Source of the DNA: Eledone cirrhosa
Taxonomy: Eukaryota
Direction: 5' to 3'
Length of the DNA stretch: 64,000 nt
Assembly (NCBI GenBank): GCA_964016885.1
Contig: OZ024741.1
Location: 225,308,001-225,372,000, forward strand
Under the pieces are notes generated by a model. That model was not told the DNA's origin, did no database searches, and was given only the letters and a program-made list of their open reading frames with translations. Position numbers and translations under genes: made by a program. Positions 1-14,645 of this stretch are shown here, piece by piece. Within the stretch, counting starts at the first letter, position 1; each line of letters starts with the position of its first letter.

Positions 1-86
1 ACACACACACACAGACATAGATATATATATGTAAATATCTATGTATGTATGTGTATATATATAGTTTTTTTTAAAAGTAGAAAAGT

Positions 87-129
87 GCAGTGACCTCGAA
101 GTTTCAGGTTGGTCGCTTCATCTGTCTAC
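87..129 (-). ncRNA. Degenerate minimal type I hammerhead-like motif
   Basis: Minus strand reads gtaga CAGAUGA agcg accaa cct GAAA cuucgagg UC acugc: core-like boxes, near-palindromic stem III and a GUC triplet. U4 is A and the stems are imperfect. Confidence 0.4.
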
Positions 130-192
130 CATCTATCAACTACGTAAATAACCACCTTACTACAAAGTAAGCGTCAAAAGATCATATGCTTT

Positions 193-224
<32 letters not shown>

Positions 225-567
225 CGAATACACACGCGCACGAACACACACACATATACACACACATATATTATATAAACACTTTGATTTCTCTCCGCTC
301 TATCAACGTATGACGATTCAGACGTGGCTTCGTCGTCTTGAAACCGCTGGTAGTATGGCGCTAATCTAACAGTTAATATAAATACCCAGCTTCTACTTTA
401 CTCATTCATTGCTTTTCCTTTCGTTTGTACCCACAACTATATATATTATTATAATGAGTGACTACTGCCCGACGGCTGAATTCTTGCCGTTTCGACAGCA
501 AGTAGATTCACTCATCGTCGAGTACTAAGCTGAACAATGCTCTGATTTGTGTAAAATGGTAACTCCG

Positions 568-708
<141 letters not shown>

Positions 709-794
709 CGAAGGAAATGTGGTAAGGAACCAGGTGGACCATAACGCACCAAAGTACTCAATACTTCCTATTATATATATATATATATATATAT

Positions 795-919
795 ATAGGA
801 GTAAGTAAGACCCCGACGGCTGAGCTCAAGCCGTTTCGACGGCTAATTCTGTACTGGCAGTACAGAATTAGCCGTCGAAACGGCTTGAGCTCAGCCGTCG
901 GGGTCTTACTTACTCCTAT
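795..919. repeat. Perfect 125-bp palindrome (62-bp arms, 1-nt centre at 857) containing the 3' half of a hammerhead on each strand
   Basis: ataggagtaagtaagaccccgacggc...gtactg G cagtac...gccgtcggggtcttacttactcctat. Each strand carries GAAA-CGGCU-ugagcuc-AGCCG-UC. Confidence 0.9.
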
Positions 920-1123
920 TACCCACTCTACTACCCTAAGTATTGATTACTTTGGTGCGTTATGGTCCACCTGGTTCCTTACCACTTTTCCCACGCTATA
1001 TATATATATATATATATATATAGTAATAATAATAAATTTGAAGACTAAAATCCAAAGAGGGCTCGATAAGGATAAATATATATCAAATATATAAGAACCG
1101 TAGAGCGAATATTTATTAAAATG

Positions 1124-1199
1124 ACAGATTAAAGTTTAAGCAAAGAATCGCTGCTTTGACCCTTAACGGGGTCTTCTGAAACTAACAAAGTCAATCTGT
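1124..1199 (-). ncRNA. Variant type I hammerhead in pLTR of the older Hydra-like family (also 3331-3406 +, 36559-36635 -, partial 46689-46742 -)
   Basis: Consensus guuu CAGAAGA (y)ccc guuaa ggg(u) GAAA gcag...uugc UU aaac, plus a distal acagauu/aaucugu helix. Each copy has private core mutations (this one has CAAA for GAAA). Confidence 0.55.
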
Positions 1200-2096
1200 A
1201 AACGCAGAAGTGGATATTTCAAAAAACGTTGCAACCGGAGGAAGACAGGAAGACGATACTTTGGTTCGTGGAAACGTTCCCTGGCAAAGAACGGGAAAAA
1301 ACGAATATAATACGTCATTAAGACAGAACCACGTTTATGGTATAAAAGAAGTCGTAGACTAATGTTCTCTTAGGTGGTTCATAGAGACGTTCTCTGGCCA
1401 TGAACGGAAAAAACGAAGATTATACGTCATATGTGGAGCGTGGAGAACAATTGCACGCAAAGACAAACCACGTAAATGGTATAGCTGAAGTCGTAGACTA
1501 AATTTCTAACTAGGAAACCGAATGAATCTCTGCTTCAGAGCTAAGAATAAAGTAAATAAAATACAATACAGAGGTAATAAAAATTAAATAAATACATACA
1601 CGCATGCAAATACGTACATACACAAGCATACGTGGAAACACTTGCCATAGGTATACAAAACCACGCACATATAAATATGTGTGTGTCTGTGTGTGCGTGT
1701 ATACAAATAAATAAATAATTAAATAAACGTATATAAATAAATAAATACGTATATAACAAGCGCACACACATACCTACATGTAAATACACAAAGGTTCGGA
1801 GACGTAATTCAACCAAAACATGAAGTACACATATACACACACCCTACATACGTACGAACCTGCATACTCACACAGACGCAAAAATCCCGTATACACATAA
1901 CCAAACCATACGTACCAGAATATATAAAAAATTATACGCCATAACATATACAATCAAATATACGTACGAGAAAGTATACGTACCTTCACAAAACATACAG
2001 GTAATATATACTTACCTATGCAAATAAGTAATGGTATAAACAAAACATATACTTAGCTACCATATCAAAACGTAAAATATCCACGTATAGATCGTA

Positions 2097-2697
2097 CTAT
2101 CCGTTAGGGTATAACGTGGGGCTGTAATACAGGAAAGTTTTGTGCAATTTATGTTTACAAGCCGAAATTGCCTCAGATTTTTTGTTTAAGATGTGGTCTG
2201 TGGCGTAGAGTATTTCCAGGACCTCAGCGGCGCAGAGGTCACATGGTCTTTTATTTCCGTTATACGATCTAGCCTCAGCTAGGATCTCCCAGTGTAACTT
2301 ATATTGGGTGTGGTTGTCTTTTAGACTCCAGATATAAGCTGAAAGTGACGTCATATTCCTTCTTAGAAGGTAACGAAAAGAATGGATATGCATGTAAAGA
2401 CGCTGCTTGAATCTATTGGCGGTTAACCCTATGTAGGCCCTACGGGACGTGGGTGTTTCAACTTTACATTTGTAGACAATGTTACTAGAGAGGCATTTCC
2501 CGGATAGGGGGCAATCAACCCGATTCCTACAATTACAGTTAGTACTAACTACAGGGTTGCACGTGTTCCTACGGCTAGGTAGTTTAGCTAAATTTGAAGC
2601 TGTGATTTATGTGTAGGGGGAAAATGCTTCGTAATAAGGGAAAGAAAGATCTTAGCTAATGGTGTGGCCACCTCCATATTATATGGTGGGTTATACC
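2097..2697 (-). pseudogene. PLE linker + GIY-YIG endonuclease fragment
   Basis: WYNPPY...KHFPPTHK [internal deletion] CNCRNRVDCPLSGKCLSSNIVYKC...AYIGLT...CDLC...ILNKKSE..SACKH; homologous to the C-terminus of 15123-17585. Confidence 0.9.
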
Positions 2698-3454
2698 AAC
2701 AAATGCGACTTACGTCTCCGAACTTTTGTGTATTTACATGTAGGTATGTATGTGCGCTTGTTATATACGAATTTATTTATTTATATACGTTTATTTAATT
2801 ATTTATTTATTTGTATACACGCACACACACACATACACATATTTATATGTGCGTGGTTTTGTATACCTATGGCAAGTGTTTCCACGTATGCTTGTGTATA
2901 TACGTATTTGCATGCGTGTATGTATTTATTTAATTTCTATTACCTCTGTATAGTATTTTATTTACTTTATTCTTAACTCTGAAGCGGAGATTCATTCGGT
3001 TTCCTAGTTAGAAATTTAGTGTACGACTTCAGCTATACCATTTACGTGGTTTTGTCTTTGCGTGCAAATATGACGTATTATCTTCGTTTTTTCCGTTCAT
3101 TGCCAGAGAACGTCTCTAAGAACCCCCTAAGAGAACATTAGTCTACGACTTCTTTTATACCATAAACGTGGTTCTGTCTTTGCGCGTAATTGTTTTTCAC
3201 CGCTCCTATTAATGACATATTATATTCGTTTTTTCCCGTTCTTTGCATGGGAACGTTTCCACGAACCAAAGTATTGTCTTCCTGTCTTCCTCCGGTTGCA
3301 ACGTTTTTTGAAATATCAACTTCTACGTTTACAGATTGACTTTGTTAGTTTAAGAAGATCCCGTTAAAGGTGAAAGCAGCGATTCTTTGCTTAAATTTTA
3401 ATCTGTTATTTTAATAAATATATATATAACAAAAATATAAATATAACAAAAAAC

Positions 3455-4736
3455 AAATCCCCCATTCCTATTATGCCAAACCCATGACTTCCAAATATCT
3501 GATCCACCGAAACTCAGGTGTTTCGGACCATACCAAAATCAACATACTGATTGCGGATTTGGTACGGGTGATGAGAAACGTGTCCCGCATGTGCAACCCC
3601 GAAGAACTAGAGAGTCACATACAGCACTTCATCCACCGTATGCAGTTCTCTGGTTACAATCAGAGAGATAAAATCAGAGTGTATAGAGGAGCCAGAACCA
3701 AATGGGAAAAAATGGTAAATAATGACACAAATGGGACCAGCCCCTTGTATAGGAACAAATTTTGGAATAGAATAGAAAGAACTAGGAATAAGGCTAATAG
3801 AATAAATTCATGGTATGATAGCAATAAATACCAGAGTGTAATGTTCATCGATGCAACCCCTAGAGGTGAATTAACTTACAAATTTAGAAGGGCCTTAGAT
3901 AAAAATAAACTCAATATTAAGATAGTAGAAAGACCAGGTACCTCTATAAAAACACTTATTAGCAAGACATACCCTTTTCAAAGACCCCCTGTATAGATAA
4001 GAAATGTATAACCTGTAAATTAAGCCCCCACATTAACTGTAAAACTAGAAATGTAGTATATAGCATAAGATGTACTGAAGGACAATGTAGAGACAAACAT
4101 ATAGTGTACATAGGTGAGACAGCTCGTAGTGTAGGGGAACGGATAAATGAACACTGGCGAGAGCTTCAAGATAGTAAAGAATCATCTGTACTCTACCAAC
4201 ATGCTAAAATAGAACATAAGGGTAAATTAGAGAACATAGAAATAAAAATAGAATCTACACACAGAAAAGACGCAATATTTAGACAAATCACAGAGGCAAT
4301 AAACATAAAATAATTACAACCAAAATTAAATAGAAAACATGAGTGGAACAGCAACATCACAACTTACAATTAAGGACAAAATGAAAACACACACGCACAT
4401 AGAACAAACAACCACCCTGTAATATGTAAATAAACAAATAAATAAACGAATATAAACACACACAGACACACGGATGTGGCGCATGCGCAGACTGAGCACA
4501 CAACACACACACAGAAACAAGATGGCGTAGGACAAAACAAAGGAGAGGCACAAAAACAAAGAAAAGAATCCCCAGTCACTGAAGAGGTCACAGAATGTGT
4601 GACGAAAGAACTTTGACAACCAACCGGAAATTTATAGATTTATAAATTCCTAAATTTATAAATTTATTATAATAAATTGAAGTGAAAGCAACTGGTGCGT
4701 GTGTTTCTTATTGGCAACATGACCCTCCCAAAGTAT

Positions 4737-4740
<4 letters not shown>
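3455..4740 (+). mobile_element. 5'-truncated C-terminal-EN Penelope-like element (Cys-linker, CCHH type; clade unresolved, Neptune/Nematis-like)
   Basis: RT thumb/linker ORF 3484-3996. Frameshifted continuation C..C..C..C, VVY..RCTEGQC..YIGETAR..R..EH..QH, then LN..E. HHR in the 3' UTR. Bounded by TA repeats. Confidence 0.85.
4575..4617 (+). ncRNA. Minimal type I hammerhead (slightly decayed)
   Basis: guca CUGAAGA g gucaca gaaug ugugac GAAA gaac UU ugac: 4-bp stem I, 6-bp stem II. Confidence 0.7.
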
Positions 4741-4835
<95 letters not shown>

Positions 4836-4846
4836 CATATATATAC

Positions 4847-4877
<31 letters not shown>

Positions 4878-4892
4878 CATATATATACATTA

Positions 4893-4925
<33 letters not shown>

Positions 4926-4926
4926 C

Positions 4927-4988
<62 letters not shown>

Positions 4989-5019
4989 CAAAAATGGAAC
5001 TTCATTGTGATCGGGTATA

Positions 5020-5082
5020 TTTTATTATACATATTTCGGAGGTGCTGAGCTGGCTACAGCAGTGCGTCCTCATCAGATAGGA
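5020..5082 (-). ncRNA. Minimal type I hammerhead in PLE pLTR remnant (4985-5240)
   Basis: uau CUGAUGA gga...ucc GAAA uaugua UA aua; same family as 31691-31752. Confidence 0.65.
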
Positions 5083-5258
5083 CAGGGTGATGCATGACAT
5101 GCCCTGACAGGGTGGATGGTTGGGATCCAGTCATGGTAGTGACAGTTATGTAAATTACTGTTATATATTTTTAAGCTTTCTTACACGCACCCTCTGTATT
5201 ATATGTATTATATGTAAGTTTTTTCATGTATCAATCTTAAGATATATATATATATACA

Positions 5259-5312
<54 letters not shown>

Positions 5313-5358
5313 TTAAACAAATAATGAATAAACAATTCCTTATATTAAACAAAAAAAG

Positions 5359-5513
5359 TTCATTATTTAACGATCGTTTCTAGGATATATATGTGTTAGA
5401 ATTGGTATGCATATTCAACAGATCTATGTACAAAATTATACAAAATTATACAAATTATCAAGATTAAATATACATACCAAACACATATATACGCCGTCTT
5501 CAGAAATAATGAA
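5359..5513 (-). ncRNA. Type I hammerhead with long stem II (copy 1)
   Basis: Reverse complement of 14646-14800. Confidence 0.75.
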
Positions 5514-6330
5514 GTATATTTATTGATAATAACAACAATTCAAAATTTCAGTTCAAAATTGACCAATGAAAACACAAAGGGTTAAATGCAGTTCGGTGTG
5601 TGTATATACATGTAAAACCCTTACACATATTTTACAAAAATGTATGTATAATTTGTATACGCATACTAAAAGGATGGATGCAAATACAAAATTTCAAGGT
5701 TAATGTCTCTGTAAGCTTACAATGCGCAGATAAGATGCGCATTGATACTTATGAAGTCAAGTATATAAATATATTTTTACATACTCACACATATCAGTAC
5801 AATCACACATACACGCGCGTATATGCATAAATATACACATAACCACGAACATACAAACACACACACACCCCCACTCACATTTATATATGTGGATATAAAA
5901 TCATAAGCACATGGATATTAATTCACTCACATAAAACACTGGCACACACATTTTTAGATCAAGATACAGAAATTAGGTGGGAGGGGGGGGGAGGGGTCAG
6001 TATTCAACTGTCTGAGCAGACTGCCTAATATAAATGTATCTATAAATTAAGAAAAATAAAAAAATAAAACAATAAAATATAATAAATATAATATAATATA
6101 CATACACATACAGATATATACACATACATACATGTACACACACATAGAAATATTTACGCATACACACATACGCACATACATATACAGTCATACACACACA
6201 TACACCTACACGAACATACACATACACATATATAAAGATATATATATATACACACACACACACGCAACACATACACACATATACATATATATAAAAAATA
6301 AATAATAAAGATATATACATATATATATAT

Positions 6331-6373
<43 letters not shown>

Positions 6374-6763
6374 CATACACATACATCTAAATATACATAC
6401 ACATACATACACACATACATGTACACACATGTACATACATATACGTACATCGATATACATATATACATATATATATATACACACACATAGACATATAGAT
6501 ACATACACACACAACTTACATACACACATATATATATACATGTATATTCATACATAGAATTAGATATATAATCATACATACATATGTACTTACTTATACT
6601 CATATATACAAATACATACGCATCCATATATGCGTATATACATAAAAAACCACTACAACCTCACCTAACACAGACATACAAATAAAAATAATAATAAAAA
6701 GGCATATGTATATACATACACACACGCATTAATAGAGATATATATATACACACATACATACAC

Positions 6764-6796
<33 letters not shown>

Positions 6797-7088
6797 TATA
6801 TATATATATATACACACACATACACTCATACATATATATATATATATATATATACACATAGATATCAACACACTCATACCACCATAAATACACATACAAA
6901 CACCCACATATACATATATATACACACGTATATATATATATATATATATACACACACATAAAAAACAGACATGCACATATATATATATATTTTTTTACAC
7001 TTATATATACACATATTATATACACATACACAATCTCACTTATACACACATACACATAAGTTATATTATAATAATAAAGAATAATATA

Positions 7089-7124
<36 letters not shown>

Positions 7125-7214
7125 CATACATACATACATATACATACATACATATAAACATATACATACATAAATACACACATACGAATATAGACATATA
7201 TTCACACATAGACA

Positions 7215-7285
<71 letters not shown>

Positions 7286-8414
7286 ATATACACAGACACA
7301 TATACACACTCACATATATATATATATATGTGTGTGTGCGTGCACACACACATATATACACACACACACACATATACACATAAACACATACATATGCATA
7401 CATGCACACACACGCACATATATCACATAGATACGAAGATAAACATATAAATAGAGAGACATGCATATATATACAACACACATACACACACATACATACA
7501 CACGCATATACATATACATATATATATACATATATATATTCCTATATATACATGCATACACATATATACACATATATACACATACATACACATATACGTA
7601 CACACATTCACATACACATACATATATAATGCATATATACACATATATAACATACATATACACACTCATATATACACACGCAATCTTACGTTCATATTTG
7701 CATGCGCATATATGTATTTTTATATTTAGATATAAATACCCAAACCTATATAGACACCTACCTACATATATATTCATACATAGACGCTTACAAATACAGA
7801 TGATAATAGTATGGGGGAAAGGGGGGGTTTGGAGAAGGGGATCAAAGTAAATATATGTTTCAAGAAACATAAAATATTTTCCGTATCTTTATCCAATGTA
7901 TGTTCTTACATATTTTCAGTGTTAGGAAATACAGCAAACAAGAACTAAGGCAAAATCTATGCATCTCAAAATAAATAAGTATACCATTAATCATATGTTA
8001 ACTAAACCAAAGATAGTCAACATATTGATTTCTAAGGTGTAAATTAGTTAGGTTTATAATATTTGAAGCAGAATTTTGAAGTTAAACAGTAGTAGATTAT
8101 TAATTACAGTATAACTAAATTAAAGTTAATAACGTTATGGTATCAATATTAGGAAATGAATTTAGTAATAGGGAAAAAAACCCAAATAAAAATAAAATAA
8201 AGTATTACATCGGTAGTAGAATATAAATTATATGTTAACTAAATTAAAAATTATATATTTATTTCAATAGTATATGTTAATTAGGTATACAATACATAAA
8301 GCAGATATTGTATTTCATCAATAGCATAATATAATTATATGCAAACAGAAATCAAAATTAATACGCATACATATACATATACATACACATACATATATAC
8401 ATATACATACACAC

Positions 8415-8453
<39 letters not shown>

Positions 8454-8975
8454 TACATACACACACATATACATACACACACACACATACACATACACAT
8501 ATACATATACATATCTTTTTCAAAAAATTGCATAGAATATATTAACTAGGTATATATCCAAAACACATCCCATTCTATGATTACATGACATTCTGCAATT
8601 CGTCTGTATAAGGATACTAATTTTAAGCAAATTAAAATTAAAATTTTTAGGTTGATTAAACTAAAACCAAATAATAAATATATTTCTAAAATGTATATTA
8701 ATTAGGTCTATAATACTAAAAATTATTTCTCTGTCATTGGATACACGATATTATTTTGTTATATTTTATCTGTAAAAGAATTATAATAAAAGGTTTAAAT
8801 AAATTAAAATTAATCTATAAATTAAATTACTAAGTATATATTAGTAGTATTTAAAGGTTTTTCACAATTTATGATTACATAATATTTTATATTCTCATCT
8901 GTAATAAAATATTAATTAAATTAAAATTATAGGTTAACTAACATTTAAATTAAATTAATTTCTAAAATAATGTTA

Positions 8976-10478
8976 TTAATTAGGTTTATAATATTTAAAT
9001 GTTTTTTTTAGTTTATGATTACACGATATAATTAATTCCTGTCGTTTATTTAATAAGATATCCTTAGACTTCATTATTTCAAATAGTTCTTGGGAACATA
9101 ATCTACATTCATTTCTATTATTTTGATAAGGGGTGGCTCTTTTGAGCACACTCCAGGTCAAATCATATTTTATATTCTTATTTTTATAACTATTGATTTT
9201 TTCTGCTAGAGATGTTGTATTAGCCAGTGCGGCATTTTTAAAACTATGCTTGTGGGTATTAAACCTTGTCTTAAAATTGTTAGAGGTAGCTCCTATATAT
9301 GAGCAAATAGAATCTTTAGTTTTAACATTACATTTATAGACTATGTTGTTAACAAGACAATTCCCTTTTAATGGGCAGTTTGCTTTGTTTCTACAGTTAC
9401 ATCCTTTCGTTAATTCTGTATTTGAGGAGATATTATGGTTAATTTGATGTACTGGTGGTATACTTATGGTTTTCTTACATTTATATGCATTATATGCACT
9501 TATATTTTGTTTTATGTTATTTGTTGTAGAGTATGAGAATTTAACTGTAGACCTATTTAAGATTTGATGGTATTTGTGGTTTGGCGGGAAGTTTTTCTCA
9601 AGGATATAAAAAAATTTTTTAGCAATATTATCCTTAACTTGTAAATTAAAAGGAGCATTATACCAAGTAACCCGTCTATTACGGTTTCTATGTTGTTTAT
9701 TATTTTTATTATTTTTATAGGTTGTATCGTGATTTTTACTAGGAGGATTAATGTTAATGATCCCACCACAACTATTTTTAGTTATATTTGTAGATTTAGG
9801 TGTTTTATCCTTTTTATTAGGAGTTTTATTATTAATATTTATTATAGTTGTATGATGAGTAGTTTTTTGAGAGTTACTATACTTTATATTAGAAGATTTA
9901 GTATTTTGGGGTATAGTGTGGGTGGCATTTAGGTGTGTACTTTTCATTTGGTGTTTGTTGGTAATATTATGTTGTATGCTTTCAGTATTCTTAGTAGAAG
10001 GTATATACTCTAATCTATTTTTGTGGCCACTTCTATCTAGAGCTTCGTTATAGAAGGTCGCATTTTTATCAAATACATCTTGGTTAGAAGAAAGGTTAGA
10101 AATTCTAAGTGATATATTATATGCAAGGTTTTTAAGGATAGATTTAGGGTGATTAGATTGTGAGTGTATGTAATGTAAGTTTTGGTTAGGTTTATGGTAA
10201 GGTTGGTAGATACCCGTAGCTAAATCTAAAGTTATATCTAGGAAATTTACTACTTTACTTGTTTTTTCAAAAGTAATATTAAGATTATAATAGTCTTTAA
10301 GGAAAGTTCGAATATGTTTTTTGTTTTTTTCGATTTCTGAAAGGCTAAGGTTGTTAGAAAGAAGAAGACAGTCATCACGATATAAACCACCTTTGAGGTG
10401 GGGAAAAGAGGCATTTATGTTGAAAAGGAGAAAGAGGCCCACAAGATCAGTAATTTGGGCGGAATCGCTTGAACCCAT
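8976..10478 (-). pseudogene. 5'-truncated inverted copy of the PLE RT-GIY-YIG ORF
   Basis: 500 aa matching the C-terminal part of 15123-17585 (one C/S difference); truncated at the inversion junction 10488. Confidence 0.95.
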
Positions 10479-10491
10479 AGTAATATCATTA

Positions 10492-11185
10492 TACTTGGTA
10501 TAATGCTCCTTTTAATTTACAAGTTAAGGATAATATTGCTAAAAAATTTTTTTATATCCTTGAGAAAAACTTCCCGCCAAACCACAAATACCATCAAATC
10601 TTAAATAGGTCTACAGTTAAATTCTCATACTCTACAACAAATAACATAAAACAAAATATAAGTGCATATAATGCATATAAATGTAAGAAAACCATAAGTA
10701 TACCACCAGTACATCAAATTAACCATAATATCTCCTCAAATACAGAATTAACGAAAGGATGTAACTGTAGAAACAAAGCAAACTGCCCATTAAAAGGGAA
10801 TTGTCTTGTTAACAACATAGTCTATAAATGTAATGTTAAAACTAAAGATTCTATTTGCTCATATATAGGAGCTACCTCTAACAATTTTAAGACAAGGTTT
10901 AATACCCACAAGCATAGTTTTAAAAATGCCGCACTGGCTAATACAACATCTCTAGCAGAAAAAATCAATAGTTATAAAAATAAGAATATAAAATATGATT
11001 TGACCTGGAGTGTGCTCAAAAGAGCCACCCCTTATCAAAATAATAGAAATGAATGTAGATTATGTTCCCAAGAACTATTTGAAATAATGAAGTCTAAGGA
11101 TATCTTATTAAATAAACGACAGGAATTAATTATATCGTGTAATCATAAACTAAAAAAAACATTTAAATATTATAAACCTAATTAA
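10492..11185 (+). pseudogene. ORF 3' end within the upstream pLTR (linker + GIY-YIG)
   Basis: Duplicate of 16892-17585. Confidence 0.95.
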
Positions 11186-11709
11186 TAACATTATTTTAGA
11201 AATTAATTTAATTTAAATGTTAGTTAACCTATAATTTTAATTTAATTAATATTTTATTACAGATGAGAATATAAAATATTATGTAATCATAAATTGTGAA
11301 AAACCTTTAAATACTACTAATATATACTTAGTAATTTAATTTATAGATTAATTTTAATTTATTTAAACCTTTTATTATAATTCTTTTACAGATAAAATAT
11401 AACAAAATAATATCGTGTATCCAATGACAGAGAAATAATTTTTAGTATTATAGACCTAATTAATATACATTTTAGAAATATATTTATTATTTGGTTTTAG
11501 TTTAATCAACCTAAAAATTTTAATTTTAATTTGCTTAAAATTAGTATCCTTATACAGACGAATTGCAGAATGTCATGTAATCATAGAATGGGATGTGTTT
11601 TGGATATATACCTAGTTAATATATTCTATGCAATTTTTTGAAAAAGATATGTATATGTATATGTGTATGTGTATGTGTGTGTGTGTATGTATATGTGTGT
11701 GTATGTATA

Positions 11710-11748
<39 letters not shown>

Positions 11749-12875
11749 GTGTGTATGTATATGTATATATGTATGTGTATGTATATGTATATGTATGCGT
11801 ATTAATTTTGATTTCTGTTTGCATATAATTATATTATGCTATTGATGAAATACAATATCTGCTTTATGTATTGTATACCTAATTAACATATACTATTGAA
11901 ATAAATATATAATTTTTAATTTAGTTAACATATAATTTATATTCTACTACCGATGTAATACTTTATTTTATTTTTATTTGGGTTTTTTTCCCTATTACTA
12001 AATTCATTTCCTAATATTGATACCATAACGTTATTAACTTTAATTTAGTTATACTGTAATTAATAATCTACTACTGTTTAACTTCAAAATTCTGCTTCAA
12101 ATATTATAAACCTAACTAATTTACACCTTAGAAATCAATATGTTGACTATCTTTGGTTTAGTTAACATATGATTAATGGTATACTTATTTATTTTGAGAT
12201 GCATAGATTTTGCCTTAGTTCTTGTTTGCTGTATTTCCTAACACTGAAAATATGTAAGAACATACATTGGATAAAGATACGGAAAATATTTTATGTTTCT
12301 TGAAACATATATTTACTTTGATCCCCTTCTCCAAACCCCCCCTTTCCCCCATACTATTATCATCTGTATTTGTAAGCGTCTATGTATGAATATATATGTA
12401 GGTAGGTGTCTATATAGGTTTGGGTATTTATATCTAAATATAAAAATACATATATGCGCATGCAAATATGAACGTAAGATTGCGTGTGTATATATGAGTG
12501 TGTATATGTATGTTATATATGTGTATATATGCATTATATATGTATGTGTATGTGAATGTGTGTACGTATATGTGTATGTATGTGTATATATGTGTATATA
12601 TGTGTATGCATGTATATATAGGAATATATATATGTATATATATATGTATATGTATATGCGTGTGTATGTATGTGTGTGTATGTGTGTTGTATATATATGC
12701 ATGTCTCTCTATTTATATGTTTATCTTCGTATCTATGTGATATATGTGCGTGTGTGTGCATGTATGCATATGTATGTGTTTATGTGTATATGTGTGTGTG
12801 TGTGTATATATGTGTGTGTGCACGCACACACACATATATATATATATGTGAGTGTGTATATGTGTCTGTGTATAT

Positions 12876-12944
<69 letters not shown>

Positions 12945-13034
12945 TGTCTATGTGTGAATATATGTCTATATTCGTATGTGTGTATTTATGTATGTATATG
13001 TTTATATGTATGTATGTATATGTATGTATGTATG

Positions 13035-13070
<36 letters not shown>

Positions 13071-13362
13071 TATATTATTCTTTATTATTATAATATAACT
13101 TATGTGTATGTGTGTATAAGTGAGATTGTGTATGTGTATATAATATGTGTATATATAAGTGTAAAAAAATATATATATATATGTGCATGTCTGTTTTTTA
13201 TGTGTGTGTATATATATATATATATATATACGTGTGTATATATATGTATATGTGGGTGTTTGTATGTGTATTTATGGTGGTATGAGTGTGTTGATATCTA
13301 TGTGTATATATATATATATATATATATGTATGAGTGTATGTGTGTGTATATATATATATATA

Positions 13363-13395
<33 letters not shown>

Positions 13396-13785
13396 GTGTA
13401 TGTATGTGTGTATATATATATCTCTATTAATGCGTGTGTGTATGTATATACATATGCCTTTTTATTATTATTTTTATTTGTATGTCTGTGTTAGGTGAGG
13501 TTGTAGTGGTTTTTTATGTATATACGCATATATGGATGCGTATGTATTTGTATATATGAGTATAAGTAAGTACATATGTATGTATGATTATATATCTAAT
13601 TCTATGTATGAATATACATGTATATATATATGTGTGTATGTAAGTTGTGTGTGTATGTATCTATATGTCTATGTGTGTGTATATATATATATGTATATAT
13701 GTATATCGATGTACGTATATGTATGTACATGTGTGTACATGTATGTGTGTATGTATGTGTATGTATATTTAGATGTATGTGTATG

Positions 13786-13828
<43 letters not shown>

Positions 13829-14645
13829 ATATATATATATGTATATATCTTTATTATTTATTTTTTATATATATGTATATGTGTGTATGTGTTGCGTGTG
13901 TGTGTGTGTATATATATATATCTTTATATATGTGTATGTGTATGTTCGTGTAGGTGTATGTGTGTGTATGACTGTATATGTATGTGCGTATGTGTGTATG
14001 CGTAAATATTTCTATGTGTGTGTACATGTATGTATGTGTATATATCTGTATGTGTATGTATATTATATTATATTTATTATATTTTATTGTTTTATTTTTT
14101 TATTTTTCTTAATTTATAGATACATTTATATTAGGCAGTCTGCTCAGACAGTTGAATACTGACCCCTCCCCCCCCCTCCCACCTAATTTCTGTATCTTGA
14201 TCTAAAAATGTGTGTGCCAGTGTTTTATGTGAGTGAATTAATATCCATGTGCTTATGATTTTATATCCACATATATAAATGTGAGTGGGGGTGTGTGTGT
14301 GTTTGTATGTTCGTGGTTATGTGTATATTTATGCATATACGCGCGTGTATGTGTGATTGTACTGATATGTGTGAGTATGTAAAAATATATTTATATACTT
14401 GACTTCATAAGTATCAATGCGCATCTTATCTGCGCATTGTAAGCTTACAGAGACATTAACCTTGAAATTTTGTATTTGCATCCATCCTTTTAGTATGCGT
14501 ATACAAATTATACATACATTTTTGTAAAATATGTGTAAGGGTTTTACATGTATATACACACACCGAACTGCATTTAACCCTTTGTGTTTTCATTGGTCAA
14601 TTTTGAACTGAAATTTTGAATTGTTGTTATTATCAATAAATATAC

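Larger units (their letters stand above)
1021..3421 (-). mobile_element. Truncated Hydra-like Penelope element (older family) with inverted pLTR copy
   Basis: Minus-strand 3' ORF fragment plus 3' UTR (1021-2709), joined to an inverted copy (2710-3421 mirrors 1109-1807). Flanked by (TA)n. Confidence 0.85.

Noticed and set aside
305-355. Hammerhead-like AUGACGA..agacg/cgucu..GAAA ccgcugg UA
   Set aside because: C3 is missing and stem I is unconvincing; at best a heavily decayed motif.
5997-8545. Numerous Y/I/C/V/M-rich ORFs (also 11612-14162, 18016-20562, 21782-24597 and elsewhere)
   Set aside because: Artefacts of (TA)n/(TG)n repeats.
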